This document shows, piece by piece, positions 42,890-52,690 of a DNA stretch of 64,000 bases (positions are counted from its first letter, which is position 1; each line of letters starts with the position of its first letter). Position numbers and translations under genes: made by a program. This stretch comes from an uncultured Chloroflexia bacterium (lineage in GTDB: Bacteria; Chloroflexota; Anaerolineae; B4-G1; SLSP01). The notes beneath the pieces were generated by a model. The model saw nothing but the letters and a program-made list of their open reading frames with translations. It was not told the DNA's origin and did no database searches. The stretch spans positions 2,732-66,731 of the forward strand of contig CAVOYE010000016.1 of assembly GCA_963700595.1 (NCBI GenBank). The letters run 5' to 3'.

Positions 42890-42970
42890 ACGACCAATTT
42901 GAAATGTGACCTGACGTTTTATGGTCTATTACTATCAGATATGCCTTTACAATCTACCAGCAGGTGAGAT

Positions 42971-44332
42971 ATGGATATAGAAGATAAAATACACGCTTTG
43001 GAAGAACAATTAAATGATTTCTCAGCAGAAAAACGCAGCGCAGCCCTTTCAAGTTTATTGACGCTGGCGAAACAAGAAACCCTCGAATGCAGTCCGGAGA
43101 TGGAAGTCGCCAATATGCACTCCCATACCTTTTTCTCGTATAACGGCTATGATTACTCACCTTCGGCTCTTGCCTGGTTGGCAAAGCGGCAGGGATACAA
43201 ACTGATGGGGATCGTAGATTTTGATGTTTTAGATGGCGTGGACGAATTCCTCACAGCTTGTGACGCTGTTGGTGTTCGCGGCACAGCAGGTATGGAAACC
43301 CGGGTATTCCTGCCGGAGTTTGCCAGCCGTGAAATCAATTCACCCGGGGAACCGGGTATTTTTTACCATATGGGGATTGGCTTTGTAAGCAGTCTGGTCC
43401 CAGATACGGAACCGGAAGCCGGGGCAATCCTGGCAGATATGCGCACACGCGCTTACCGGCGGAACCGCGATGTCGTACAGCGCGTCAACGCTTATCTGGA
43501 ACCGCTCAAAATTGACTATGACACCGATGTGCTCCCGTTAACACCCAGCGGAAACGCGACCGAACGCCATATATGCGCGGCTTATGTCGCAGCAGCTAAC
43601 GCGCAGACCCCTGATCCTGTGAGATTCTGGGCGGATAAATTAACGACAGGATCGGATGGCATCGCAGCGATTATCAACGATGGACCGGCAATCCAGAACC
43701 TTGTCCGGTCAAAGCTTATGAAGCGCGGGGGGGCAGGCTATGTGCAGCCCGGACCTGAAACCTTCCCGGCAATTGACGATGTGAATAAGGTCATCACAGC
43801 ATGCGGCGCGCTGCCCTGCGCGACCTGGCTCGATGGCACCAGCGCGGGTGAAAGCGCAGAAGAAGAACTGCTCAACCTGCTGATTGGCAAAGGGATTGTT
43901 GCCTTCAACATCGTTCCTGACCGGAACTGGAATATCAAGAATCCACAAGAGAAATCCGAAAAACTGGAACAGCTTTACAGGGTTGTTGACCTGGCGCGTA
44001 GTCTGGATTTGCCGATCAATGTGGGCACGGAAATGAACGCATTCGGGAAAAAGACCATCGATGATTTTAACGCCCCAGAACTTGCTCCGGTGCGCGATGC
44101 CTTTATGCATGGCGCCTACTTCATCTATGGGCATACGGCGATGCAGCGCGGCGCAGGGATGGGCTATCAAAGCCAATGGACGCAGCAATACCTTCCATCC
44201 AGAGCTGAACGCAACGATTTCTACACGCAAGTGGGACGCCTGGTCAATCCCGGCAAAGAGTCCCTGAGGAACCTTGGGAATCTATCCGGAAAACTCACGC
44301 CATCTCAGGTTCTATCCCATATCAGCGGTTAA
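42971..44332 (+). CDS. PHP-domain (polymerase/histidinol-phosphatase-like) metal-dependent phosphoesterase family protein
   Basis: ANMHSHTFFSYNGYDYSP and a GIVDFD segment near the N-terminus. 453 aa. Confidence 0.5.
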   Translation: MDIEDKIHALEEQLNDFSAEKRSAALSSLLTLAKQETLECSPEMEVANMHSHTFFSYNGYDYSPSALAWLAKRQGYKLMGIVDFDVLDGVDEFLTACDAVGVRGTAGMETRVFLPEFASREINSPGEPGIFYHMGIGFVSSLVPDTEPEAGAILADMRTRAYRRNRDVVQRVNAYLEPLKIDYDTDVLPLTPSGNATERHICAAYVAAANAQTPDPVRFWADKLTTGSDGIAAIINDGPAIQNLVRSKLMKRGGAGYVQPGPETFPAIDDVNKVITACGALPCATWLDGTSAGESAEEELLNLLIGKGIVAFNIVPDRNWNIKNPQEKSEKLEQLYRVVDLARSLDLPINVGTEMNAFGKKTIDDFNAPELAPVRDAFMHGAYFIYGHTAMQRGAGMGYQSQWTQQYLPSRAERNDFYTQVGRLVNPGKESLRNLGNLSGKLTPSQVLSHISG

Positions 44333-44365
44333 CCATAACGCACACAACGCAATAAAGGAAAAAAG

Positions 44366-44953
44366 ATGAAAAAGTCACGCGGTGCTAAAACAATTGTCTA
44401 CCCGACACCGGTTTTTATCGTGGGCACCTATGCTACAGACGGCAAACCCAATGCGATGGCGGTCGCCTGGGGCGGCATATGCTGTTCGCGCCCTCCATGC
44501 GTCTCCATATCGGTGCGAAAAGCAACGTATACCTACGGTAACCTGATGCAGCGTCGCGCCTTTACCGTCAATATTCCTGGGGAAAAACATGTGAAATACG
44601 CCGATTATTTTGGGCTTGTTTCGGGTCGAAATGTTGACAAGTTTGCCATAACAGGCCTTACGCCCGTCAAATCCGACCTGGTCGATGCCCCCTATATTGA
44701 CGAATTTCCTCTGAACCTGGCATGTAAAGTATTGGAAGTTCACGAGATTGGACTGCACACTCTGTTCGTTGGTGAAATTATGGATGTTTTGGCAGATGAA
44801 AGCGTCTATAAAGCTGATGAAAAACTCGACATACGGAAAGTCATGCCCGTTATCTGGGCGCCGGATGATGGGGGTTATTACGGCATCGGACAGTATCTGG
44901 GTGAAAGTTTTAACATCGGCAATGAAATAACGAGCGAATCCGAAAAGCATTAA
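44366..44953 (+). CDS. flavin reductase-like (FMN-binding split-barrel) protein
   Basis: 195 aa. The PNAMAVAWGG..ISVRK pattern is typical of the flavin reductase domain. Confidence 0.65.
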   Translation: MKKSRGAKTIVYPTPVFIVGTYATDGKPNAMAVAWGGICCSRPPCVSISVRKATYTYGNLMQRRAFTVNIPGEKHVKYADYFGLVSGRNVDKFAITGLTPVKSDLVDAPYIDEFPLNLACKVLEVHEIGLHTLFVGEIMDVLADESVYKADEKLDIRKVMPVIWAPDDGGYYGIGQYLGESFNIGNEITSESEKH

Positions 44954-45033
44954 GTGGCAAATTGCTCAGGGTTGGTCAAAGCAATGGATAATACAGTGGA
45001 GCGCACAGCTTGATAAACAACGCGCCAGTATTT

Positions 45034-46128
45034 ATGGAATTGACAACAAATCTGGATGTAGAGGCATTCTGGGAAGAAAATACCCGCTGCCTGGCGTTCA
45101 CGACGCAAAAACCACGCTGCTCGATGAGTTTCTCGCCAGACGATCATTGGATATTTCAATTTGTCGATGTCCCATCTACGCTGCGATACTACCAGGACAG
45201 AGCTTATCGTGACGCACTGCATCAGCATGTTAACGAGATCACCCTTCGCGAGGTTGGAATAGCATTTTTCGAAGAACATACCTGGGAATATGCACCGAAA
45301 CGCATCGAAAATTTATTCGGGTGTGAATTTACATATCATGAAGGGAGCACACCCTGGTTAACGCCGGTGACTGAAGATCCGGAAGCTTTCTCAGATATAT
45401 TAGACAATGCTGAGGCAACCGATCTTGCATCCTGGTGTTTACCACAGGAATTTATCTCAGAATGGAACACCAGGGAATCCAACGGGATGGAACGCCCAAG
45501 ATTAGGAACCGGCAGCCGGGGACCGGCGACCATCATAACGTCTGTCCTTCGACCGGAAACAGCCCTGCTCTGGATGTATGATCACCCAGCACTCATGCGC
45601 CGCTTCAGCGACCTGTTGGCGGAAAAAATGGTAGCGCTCAACCGCATACTCAGACAATTCAGCGGCACTATGATGGATGGCTGGTGGATTACTGATGACA
45701 ACTGCGCATTATTCAACCGCAAACTCTATAAAGACTATTGTTATCCGGTTTTGGAGGCTGTGCTTGAAGCCTTCGCTCCAGGAAACGCACCACGATACCA
45801 ACACTCGGACAGCGCAATGGGTCATTTGCTGGATCTGCAATATGCCCTGGGTATCCGGTCTGTCAATTATGGACCCGAAGTGGATGCAGCACATATTCGG
45901 AAAGCTATGCCAGAGGCCCTGATTAATGGGCAAATGCCGCCTCTGATGCTGCGCAATGCGCGTCCTGAGGTCATCAAACAGCGGATTATCTCTGATTTTG
46001 AAAAAGCCGGGCAGTCAGGTGGCCTTAACATAACAACAGCAGGCTCATTGGCGGCTGGAACAGGTGTTGGCAGAATGCGCTGGATGATGCAGGTCGTGCA
46101 AGACCACTGCAGGTATGGCGAAAACTGA
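45034..46128 (+). CDS. URO-D-like family protein (second copy, divergent)
   Basis: About 365 aa of the same general fold class as 40399-41556, but with low similarity to it. An alternative TTG start exists at 45010. Confidence 0.45.
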   Translation: MELTTNLDVEAFWEENTRCLAFTTQKPRCSMSFSPDDHWIFQFVDVPSTLRYYQDRAYRDALHQHVNEITLREVGIAFFEEHTWEYAPKRIENLFGCEFTYHEGSTPWLTPVTEDPEAFSDILDNAEATDLASWCLPQEFISEWNTRESNGMERPRLGTGSRGPATIITSVLRPETALLWMYDHPALMRRFSDLLAEKMVALNRILRQFSGTMMDGWWITDDNCALFNRKLYKDYCYPVLEAVLEAFAPGNAPRYQHSDSAMGHLLDLQYALGIRSVNYGPEVDAAHIRKAMPEALINGQMPPLMLRNARPEVIKQRIISDFEKAGQSGGLNITTAGSLAAGTGVGRMRWMMQVVQDHCRYGEN

Positions 46129-46190
46129 TATTGATATGATCAAACATTGTTTGCATTAAATTCATTTCTGATAACTAAAGGAGAACTCAC

Positions 46191-47951
46191 GTGGAAGATA
46201 AATATGAAGTCTACAAAAGAGCAACTGCACCGCTGCCGGAAAAGAACCGGATATGGCCGCTGTATGGCGCGGGATTTGAAAGTCTGGGGGTCAATGGACA
46301 ACCTATCGAAGTGCCAATGCCCACTTACGGAGATAACGAGCTTCTTGTCCGGCACGATGCGGTAGGGCACTGCTTCTCAGATATTAAGGTGATCCGCGCC
46401 GGACAAACGCATCCGCGTATCTATCGTGATATGGCTGTTGATCCCATCGTATTGGGTCATGAGGTGAGTATCACAGTGGTTGGTGTTGGCAAAAAGCTCA
46501 GCGATCAATACAGAATTGGCGATCGATTCATTGTGCAGGCAGACATTTTTGTGAATGGTGTGGGTTATGCCTATGGTTACGAGATCCAGGGGGGCTTATC
46601 CGATTACGCGGTCATCGACCAACGCGTGTTGAACGGCGACCACGGAAATTATCTGATCCCCATGCTCGATGAAAAAACCGGTTACGCCGAAGCCGCCCTA
46701 ACAGAACCCTGGGCATGCGTCGTAGCCGCTTATCAACTGCGCTACCGGTCGCAGATCCGGAATGGTGGGACGCTATGGATCATCGGGACCGGGGACTCTC
46801 ATGCAGAATACACGATCAGCGCCGGCTTTGATGAACAGTCACATCCCGCCACATTGCTGCTGACACACGTACCCGCACAATTTGATGGCTGGCTGCGGGC
46901 GCGCGCCGCCGAATTGGGCATAGAAGTGCTCAATGTTCCAACCCTTCCTGAGAATGTTGAGACGGACGACTCACCCGCTTCCCCCGCAGAAACAACCGGC
47001 ACCGGGAAAGGTATCGACGATATCATCATTCTGGGCGCCGACGCAGAGCTTGTCGAAAAAGCCAGCCCGAATTTAGCCAGTTATGGTGTGCTGGCTGTTA
47101 TCGCTGACAAACCTATGGAACGCAAAGTTAATCTGGATGTTGGTCGTATCCACTATAACAGGTGGCTCTATATCGGCAGTCAATCAACCGACATCTCAAG
47201 CGCTTACAGCGATGTGGCAACCCGCTCCACCTTAAAACCAGCAGGCATCAGCTGGTTTGTCGGCGCCGGTGGTCCTATGGGTAGAATGCACGTCCAACGG
47301 GCTATACAGTCCCCAGAAAATCCCAAAGTGATTGTGTGCACCGATATCAGCGACCAGCGCCTGGAAGACCTGAAAGAGAGCTTCAAAGAAGAGGCTATGG
47401 AGAAGGGCATCGACTTTGTCTGCCTTAATCCCACCAACAAGGACGAATACCAGGCGGAAATGGACATTTTGAAAACAAAAGGGTTCGATGATATCATCAT
47501 TCTGGCGCCTGTTCCCGCCGTCATCGCTGACGCGGCGACGTATTTAGGTCCTAAAGGCGTGATGAATATCTTCGCAGGCGTCCCCCGGGGTAAAACCGCC
47601 GGTATTGACCTGACGGGGATCTATATGGACGGGACCAGAGTCATCGGTCACTCAGCCTCCACCATAGAAAACATGCGCTTTATGCTGGAGCTGGCGGAAA
47701 CCGGGCAGCTCTCACCCAACCGGTCTGTAGCTGCAATCGGCTCACTTGATGCCTCGCTGGACGGCCTGCAGGCAGTGGCAACCACTAAATACCCCGGTAA
47801 AGTGGTCATCTACCCCCACATCAAACACCTGCCCATCACACCGCTGGCGGATCTGAAGGACACATTGCCCACAGTCTATGCCAAACTCAAGAACGGACGT
47901 GAGTGGACCACAGAAGCCGAAAGAGAATTATTGCGGGTCATGCTTGAATAA
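46191..47951 (+). CDS. MDR-superfamily zinc dehydrogenase with a large internal insertion
   Basis: GroES-like N-domain with GHCFSD and GHEVS. The Rossmann motif GAGGPMG appears only about 170 aa after TEPWAC. GTG start preceded by aaaggag. Confidence 0.65.
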   Translation: MEDKYEVYKRATAPLPEKNRIWPLYGAGFESLGVNGQPIEVPMPTYGDNELLVRHDAVGHCFSDIKVIRAGQTHPRIYRDMAVDPIVLGHEVSITVVGVGKKLSDQYRIGDRFIVQADIFVNGVGYAYGYEIQGGLSDYAVIDQRVLNGDHGNYLIPMLDEKTGYAEAALTEPWACVVAAYQLRYRSQIRNGGTLWIIGTGDSHAEYTISAGFDEQSHPATLLLTHVPAQFDGWLRARAAELGIEVLNVPTLPENVETDDSPASPAETTGTGKGIDDIIILGADAELVEKASPNLASYGVLAVIADKPMERKVNLDVGRIHYNRWLYIGSQSTDISSAYSDVATRSTLKPAGISWFVGAGGPMGRMHVQRAIQSPENPKVIVCTDISDQRLEDLKESFKEEAMEKGIDFVCLNPTNKDEYQAEMDILKTKGFDDIIILAPVPAVIADAATYLGPKGVMNIFAGVPRGKTAGIDLTGIYMDGTRVIGHSASTIENMRFMLELAETGQLSPNRSVAAIGSLDASLDGLQAVATTKYPGKVVIYPHIKHLPITPLADLKDTLPTVYAKLKNGREWTTEAERELLRVMLE

Positions 47952-47984
47952 GCGTGCACAATAACACATACTGTGGAGGCTTCA

Positions 47985-49175
47985 ATGCTGCCTGAATCCC
48001 ATGAGACCCTGCCCCCACCTCTGATGACCTCAGAGGTGGGATCGTTCGCGCAGAGCACGATTATCGAGCGGAAACCCGAGATCATCAGACGGGTTATCGC
48101 GGACAACGCATATCCGGCAGATATCGTTGAAGCCCTGCACCGCTTTGCCCTTGAAATCGCCTCAGAGCCAATCACACAGTTGGAAGAAATTACAGAAGAC
48201 AGCGCATTATGGAACGCCCAGGTTGCACAGTATACAGGCAAAAGCTGGCTGGAGATACCGTGGTATTTTGCAGAAACGTACTTTTATCGCCGGCTCCTGG
48301 AAATCGTGGGTTATATGCGTCCTGGACCCATGTATGCGCTTGACCCATTCCTGCCACAAAAAATTACGCAGGAAAAGGCAGCGATAGAACAGCTGCAATC
48401 CAACTGGCAAGCGATCGAAGAGACCCCTGCCTCTGAGCGGTTTACATACCTGCTCCACGCCTCTCTCTGGGGAAACCGGGCAGACCTCAGTAATTTTACA
48501 GTAAAAGAGACGGCGCAGCAGGGAAGCGACACCCATAACCTGCGCCAGCACATTATCATCGACCACACACAAGCCGTTCGCAGGACCCTTGCTGCGGGTG
48601 TAAACAAAGTCATGTTTATCAACGACAATGTGGGGGCGGACAGCTTATGGGATTTGCTGTTAGCAGATTTCCTGCTGGAGCAGCGTTGGGTACAAAGCAT
48701 CGTGTTTCACCTAAAAAACCGTCCTTTTTTCGTCTCAGACGCGATGCCCACAGACATCATGCGGGTCATTGAAAAACTACGCACGAGCCCGGAACCTTTG
48801 CATTCTGTGGGAAACCGGTTGCCAGAATGGCTGGTGTTGGGCAAACTTCAATTAGAAGCTGACCCCTTCTGGACCAGCTTTAAGACGTTCCACGCCCTGC
48901 CCGCACCGGTGCATGATCAACTTTCTGAAGCGAATCTCATCATTCTCAAGGGTGATGTCAATTACCGTCGCTTACTGGACGACCGACATTGGGCACCGGC
49001 AACGAAAGTGGAAACCATAACGGCGCAATTTCCAAAGCCGTTTTTAATCATCCGGACGTTAAAAGGCGAAATTATCGCCGGATTAGCACCGGGTCAAGCC
49101 GAAAAAATTAGCGTACAGGACCCAGCGTGGCTGATTAACGGCAAACGCGGTCTAATACAATTGGTCACAGCATAA
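47985..49175 (+). CDS. DUF89/ARMT1-like damage-control phosphatase family protein
   Basis: WGNRADLS and ILKGDVNYRRL motifs. ATG at 47985 follows ggagg. Confidence 0.7.
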   Translation: MLPESHETLPPPLMTSEVGSFAQSTIIERKPEIIRRVIADNAYPADIVEALHRFALEIASEPITQLEEITEDSALWNAQVAQYTGKSWLEIPWYFAETYFYRRLLEIVGYMRPGPMYALDPFLPQKITQEKAAIEQLQSNWQAIEETPASERFTYLLHASLWGNRADLSNFTVKETAQQGSDTHNLRQHIIIDHTQAVRRTLAAGVNKVMFINDNVGADSLWDLLLADFLLEQRWVQSIVFHLKNRPFFVSDAMPTDIMRVIEKLRTSPEPLHSVGNRLPEWLVLGKLQLEADPFWTSFKTFHALPAPVHDQLSEANLIILKGDVNYRRLLDDRHWAPATKVETITAQFPKPFLIIRTLKGEIIAGLAPGQAEKISVQDPAWLINGKRGLIQLVTA

Positions 49176-49198
49176 ACAACCATAACATAGGGGGATAT

Positions 49199-49990
49199 AT
49201 GGGTAAAGTCTTTCAGGATAAAGTGGCACTGGTAACCGGCGGCGCGCAGGGATTGGGAGCGGCGATCTGCAAGCGACTGGCGCAAGAAGGCGCGCATGTG
49301 GTGGTCGCGGATCTCAATTTACCGGGCGCAGAGATGACCTCAGGAGAGATCATCTCTGATCTGGACCGCAAAAGCCTAGCGGTAAAAGTTGATGTCACCG
49401 ACGAAACCCAGGTCGCTGCCATGGTCGACCGGACCATTGACGCATTTGGCAAAGTGGATATCGTCGTATCCAACGCAGGGGTTCTGATCGCAGATTCGAT
49501 TGAACAATTCCCGGCAGAGAAATGGCGATTAGTGATGAATGTGAACCTGTTTGGATATTTCCTGGTCGCCAAACACGCTGCCCGGGTGATGATTCCACAG
49601 AAAAGTGGCGTCATCGTCCAAATCAACTCAAAATCAGGGAAAAAGGGCAGCTACAAAAGTTCCGCCTACGCGGCATCCAAATTCGGCGGAATCGGATTGA
49701 CCCAGAGCCTCGCCCTGGAGCTGGCTGAACACAATATCCGCGTGAACTCCATTTGTCCGGGCAACCTATTAGATTCACCTTTGTGGACGGATTCCTTATA
49801 CAAACAATATGCGATCAAATGGGGCATCACGGAAGAGGAAGTGCGTCAGAAATATATTGACCAGGTGCCCATGAAACGGGGATGCACTTACGAGGACATC
49901 ACCAATACCCTGGTGTTCCTGGCATCAGATCAAGCCAGTTATATGACGGGACAGGCAATCAATGTCACCGGCGGGCAGGAGATGCGCTAG
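49199..49990 (+). CDS. short-chain dehydrogenase/reductase (sorbitol-6-phosphate dehydrogenase-like)
   Basis: TGGAQGLG, NAG, and S..YxxSK (SSAYAASK) motifs. Confidence 0.85.
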   Translation: MGKVFQDKVALVTGGAQGLGAAICKRLAQEGAHVVVADLNLPGAEMTSGEIISDLDRKSLAVKVDVTDETQVAAMVDRTIDAFGKVDIVVSNAGVLIADSIEQFPAEKWRLVMNVNLFGYFLVAKHAARVMIPQKSGVIVQINSKSGKKGSYKSSAYAASKFGGIGLTQSLALELAEHNIRVNSICPGNLLDSPLWTDSLYKQYAIKWGITEEEVRQKYIDQVPMKRGCTYEDITNTLVFLASDQASYMTGQAINVTGGQEMR

Positions 49991-50023
49991 TTCATAAGTT
50001 TTGGGTACAAAGGGAGTTTTCAC

Positions 50024-50365
50024 ATGTTAGAAAATCAACTGACAGTTGTCTGGAGCAGTGCAGATCCGGCAGTCGCGCACAAAGTGTGCTTTATGTATAC
50101 CCACAACGCAAAACGGCGCGGGTGGTTTGAAAATGTCACACTGGTCATCTGGGGTCCCTCTGCTGAATTGACGGTGCGGGACACCGCCATACAGGATGCC
50201 ATCAAGGCTATGGTCGCCGATGGTGTTGTGGTCGAAGCGTGTAAAGCATGTTCGGATTCTTACGGCGCTTCGGAGGCGCTGACAGCGCTGGGTGTGGATG
50301 TGAAATATATGGGGGTTCCGCTGACCCAATACCTGAAGGAAGGCTCCAAAGTCCTGACGTTTTAG
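50024..50365 (+). CDS. DsrE/DsrF-like small protein
   Basis: 113 aa with an alpha/beta pattern and a conserved Cys pair (EACKACSD). The family call is tentative. Confidence 0.4.
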   Translation: MLENQLTVVWSSADPAVAHKVCFMYTHNAKRRGWFENVTLVIWGPSAELTVRDTAIQDAIKAMVADGVVVEACKACSDSYGASEALTALGVDVKYMGVPLTQYLKEGSKVLTF

Positions 50366-50382
50366 CGGTGTCTTCGAGAGGC

Positions 50383-50410
50383 AATCCCACATGAAGGTCA
50401 GTGTGGGATT
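50383..50410 (+). terminator. hairpin at the end of the 13-gene array
   Basis: aatcccaca / tgtgggatt, a 9-bp stem with a 10-nt loop, 18 nt after the stop. There is no clear T-tract. Confidence 0.35.
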
Positions 50411-50536
50411 ACCTCACTGACCGTTTATCTGGATGGAATTTGACAAGCTGATTGCACGGCTTTACAGTTTTGTGTTGCGATACTCAGAATTTCTATATGA
50501 AGATAATTTACAAAGTCCTAATACAGGGAACACGAA

Positions 50537-51529
50537 ATGACTTATAAACCAGATGGCAAATTCCGAAAATTCCAGGGTGAAGCTGATTATGAGATTATAC
50601 GTTCAATATATATCGCATGCTCAAAGGCTGATCAAACAGATGAAACAGCTACACTTGATGGAATCAGGAATTGGTGCGCTACCACGGAACGTTTCGACCC
50701 CCGATATGACTTACTGTTCGCATTGGACACAAAACGAGAGCAGTCAAACACAGAAATTGGCTTCAGCCGCGTAAGCTGGTATACAGGAAAAGAAGAGACT
50801 CGACTCTACACCCAAACAAGCTACTTGCTGCCGGAATACAGGGGGCAAGGTGTGTGGTCCGAAATGGTCAGGGAAAGTGAGACCAGATTGCAGGAGATTG
50901 CGAGCCGTCATCCACCTGCCACAAAGCGTTATTTTCAGGCCTGGGCAACAGAAAGCCAGATAGATTGGATAAACGTGCTGGAAAACGCGGGGTATCAAGC
51001 CGTACGGCACTTTCACAATATGCTGTACACCTTGAACAGCATTCCAGTTCGAGAAATGCCCAAGGGGTTGGATGTGCGCCCGGCTCAAAAAGAACACTAC
51101 CGCAGCATCTGGGAAGCACAAAAAGAAGTACAGGCAGAACTCTTTGAGTACGTCGCAGAGCATTGGCGCGATGACAACTACAATGCCTGGTTGAATGACC
51201 GGTCCCACACGCCGGAATTGTGGCAAGTTGCATGGGACGGAGATCAGGTCGCAGGCATGATCCTGCCACGGATAAGCGAAGCAGAAAATCACGAGACAGG
51301 TCGTAAAAAAGGTTATGCAGAGCATGTTTTCGTCCGGAAACCCTGGCGTAAACGCGGTCTGGCTGGCGCACTGATGGCTCAAAGCCTGCAAACACTCAAA
51401 ATGCACGGCATGGATGAGGTAGAATTAGGTGTCGATACAGAAAACGACAGCCATGCGTTTGCATTTTACGAGAGGATGGGATTCCAAACATTCAGTACAG
51501 ATATCTGGTTCCGCAAACCGATGCAGTAA
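50537..51529 (+). CDS. GNAT-family N-acetyltransferase (two-domain)
   Basis: Acetyl-CoA-binding segment VRKPWRKRGLAGALM in the C-terminal half and a weaker GNAT repeat (YRGQGVWSEM) in the N-terminal half. Confidence 0.7.
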   Translation: MTYKPDGKFRKFQGEADYEIIRSIYIACSKADQTDETATLDGIRNWCATTERFDPRYDLLFALDTKREQSNTEIGFSRVSWYTGKEETRLYTQTSYLLPEYRGQGVWSEMVRESETRLQEIASRHPPATKRYFQAWATESQIDWINVLENAGYQAVRHFHNMLYTLNSIPVREMPKGLDVRPAQKEHYRSIWEAQKEVQAELFEYVAEHWRDDNYNAWLNDRSHTPELWQVAWDGDQVAGMILPRISEAENHETGRKKGYAEHVFVRKPWRKRGLAGALMAQSLQTLKMHGMDEVELGVDTENDSHAFAFYERMGFQTFSTDIWFRKPMQ

Positions 51530-51875
51530 GGGCAGTTAGCAGGTACAGGATATCTCGCGCGCAAAAATCCAGTATACAGTACGGCAAAAATATAAATACC
51601 TGTATACACGCACTTGCCCGATTTTTGTCGCTCGCACCAGGCTATACAGAGAGTCAACTGTAAATTAGGTTCCCCTTTTTTATTGATTGGTTCATCATAA
51701 TGCACTACATTTTACCTTTGATGTATGTGGATATAATTGTTTTGAGTCTAATTTCAATTTATCTTGGTATGGGTCTGATGATGTACTGCGACGATGAAAT
51801 GGGCGTCAAGGTTGCTATGCGTATGTGCATCGCCTCGTTCGCCATCGTGTTTCGCTTCTCTTAATATGAAAGGTT

Positions 51876-52508
51876 GTGACTTTGACACGGAATGATGCTG
51901 TTTTGTTGGTGGGCCCTACCGGGGCCGGGAAGACACCGCTGGGTGACGCGTTGGCGGAATCAGGCGTGGGGACCAGGCGTTGCCTCCATTTCGATTTCGG
52001 GGCAAACTTGCGACGGATCGCTGCCGGAAGCGATGTACCGGACACATTCGACAAGGATGATCTGTGTATCGTCAAGCAGGTACTGACCGCGGGGGTATTG
52101 CTGGAGGACGAATCGTTTCACATCGCCAGGAAGATCCTGTGTGGATTTTTACAGGACATGGCTGTAGCTGACAATGACCTGCTCATCCTCAACGGCTTAC
52201 CGCGTCATGTTGGACAGGCTCGTGATACTGACCGACTTGTGAATATGCGTGCCATCCTGTCTTTGGAATGCACCCCGGATATCGTGCGCGCCCGAATCAA
52301 CCTCAATACGGGAGGTGATCGGACCGACCGTCCAGACGATTCACTGGAGGAGATCCGGACAAAGCTCAAGACCTTTCAGGAACGGACACGCCCGTTACTT
52401 CAATACTATGCAAACAAAGGCATCCCTGTGCACCATCTGATCGTCGGCATGGAGACGACTCCCGCCCAAATGCTGGATATGGCGGTCAGCGTCTTGTCAG
52501 TGAAGTAG
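51876..52508 (+). CDS. P-loop nucleoside/nucleotide kinase-like protein
   Basis: Walker A VGPTGAGKTP. 210 aa. GTG start. Confidence 0.55.
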   Translation: MTLTRNDAVLLVGPTGAGKTPLGDALAESGVGTRRCLHFDFGANLRRIAAGSDVPDTFDKDDLCIVKQVLTAGVLLEDESFHIARKILCGFLQDMAVADNDLLILNGLPRHVGQARDTDRLVNMRAILSLECTPDIVRARINLNTGGDRTDRPDDSLEEIRTKLKTFQERTRPLLQYYANKGIPVHHLIVGMETTPAQMLDMAVSVLSVK

Positions 52509-52690
52509 ACGCAGCACAGCCCAACAAGCGCTGCATCGAATCCCGTCGCTTGCACCGATAGTCATATGTTTTAAGGCAACAAAGAGATCTCTAAAAATAG
52601 AGGTTTATTTATGATTTAGGTACGCTTTTTGTGGATCACGATGGGCTCTAAACCCTCGCAAATTTCCCAAACGATGGAAGAGGACGACCA

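Noticed and set aside
51700-51864. 54-codon hydrophobic ORF (MHYILPLMYVDIIVLSLISIYLGMGLMMYC..) in the gap before the P-loop kinase gene.
   Set aside because: It has no recognisable RBS, lies in an AT-rich region where such ORFs arise by chance, and is below the size where I can judge coding potential by eye.
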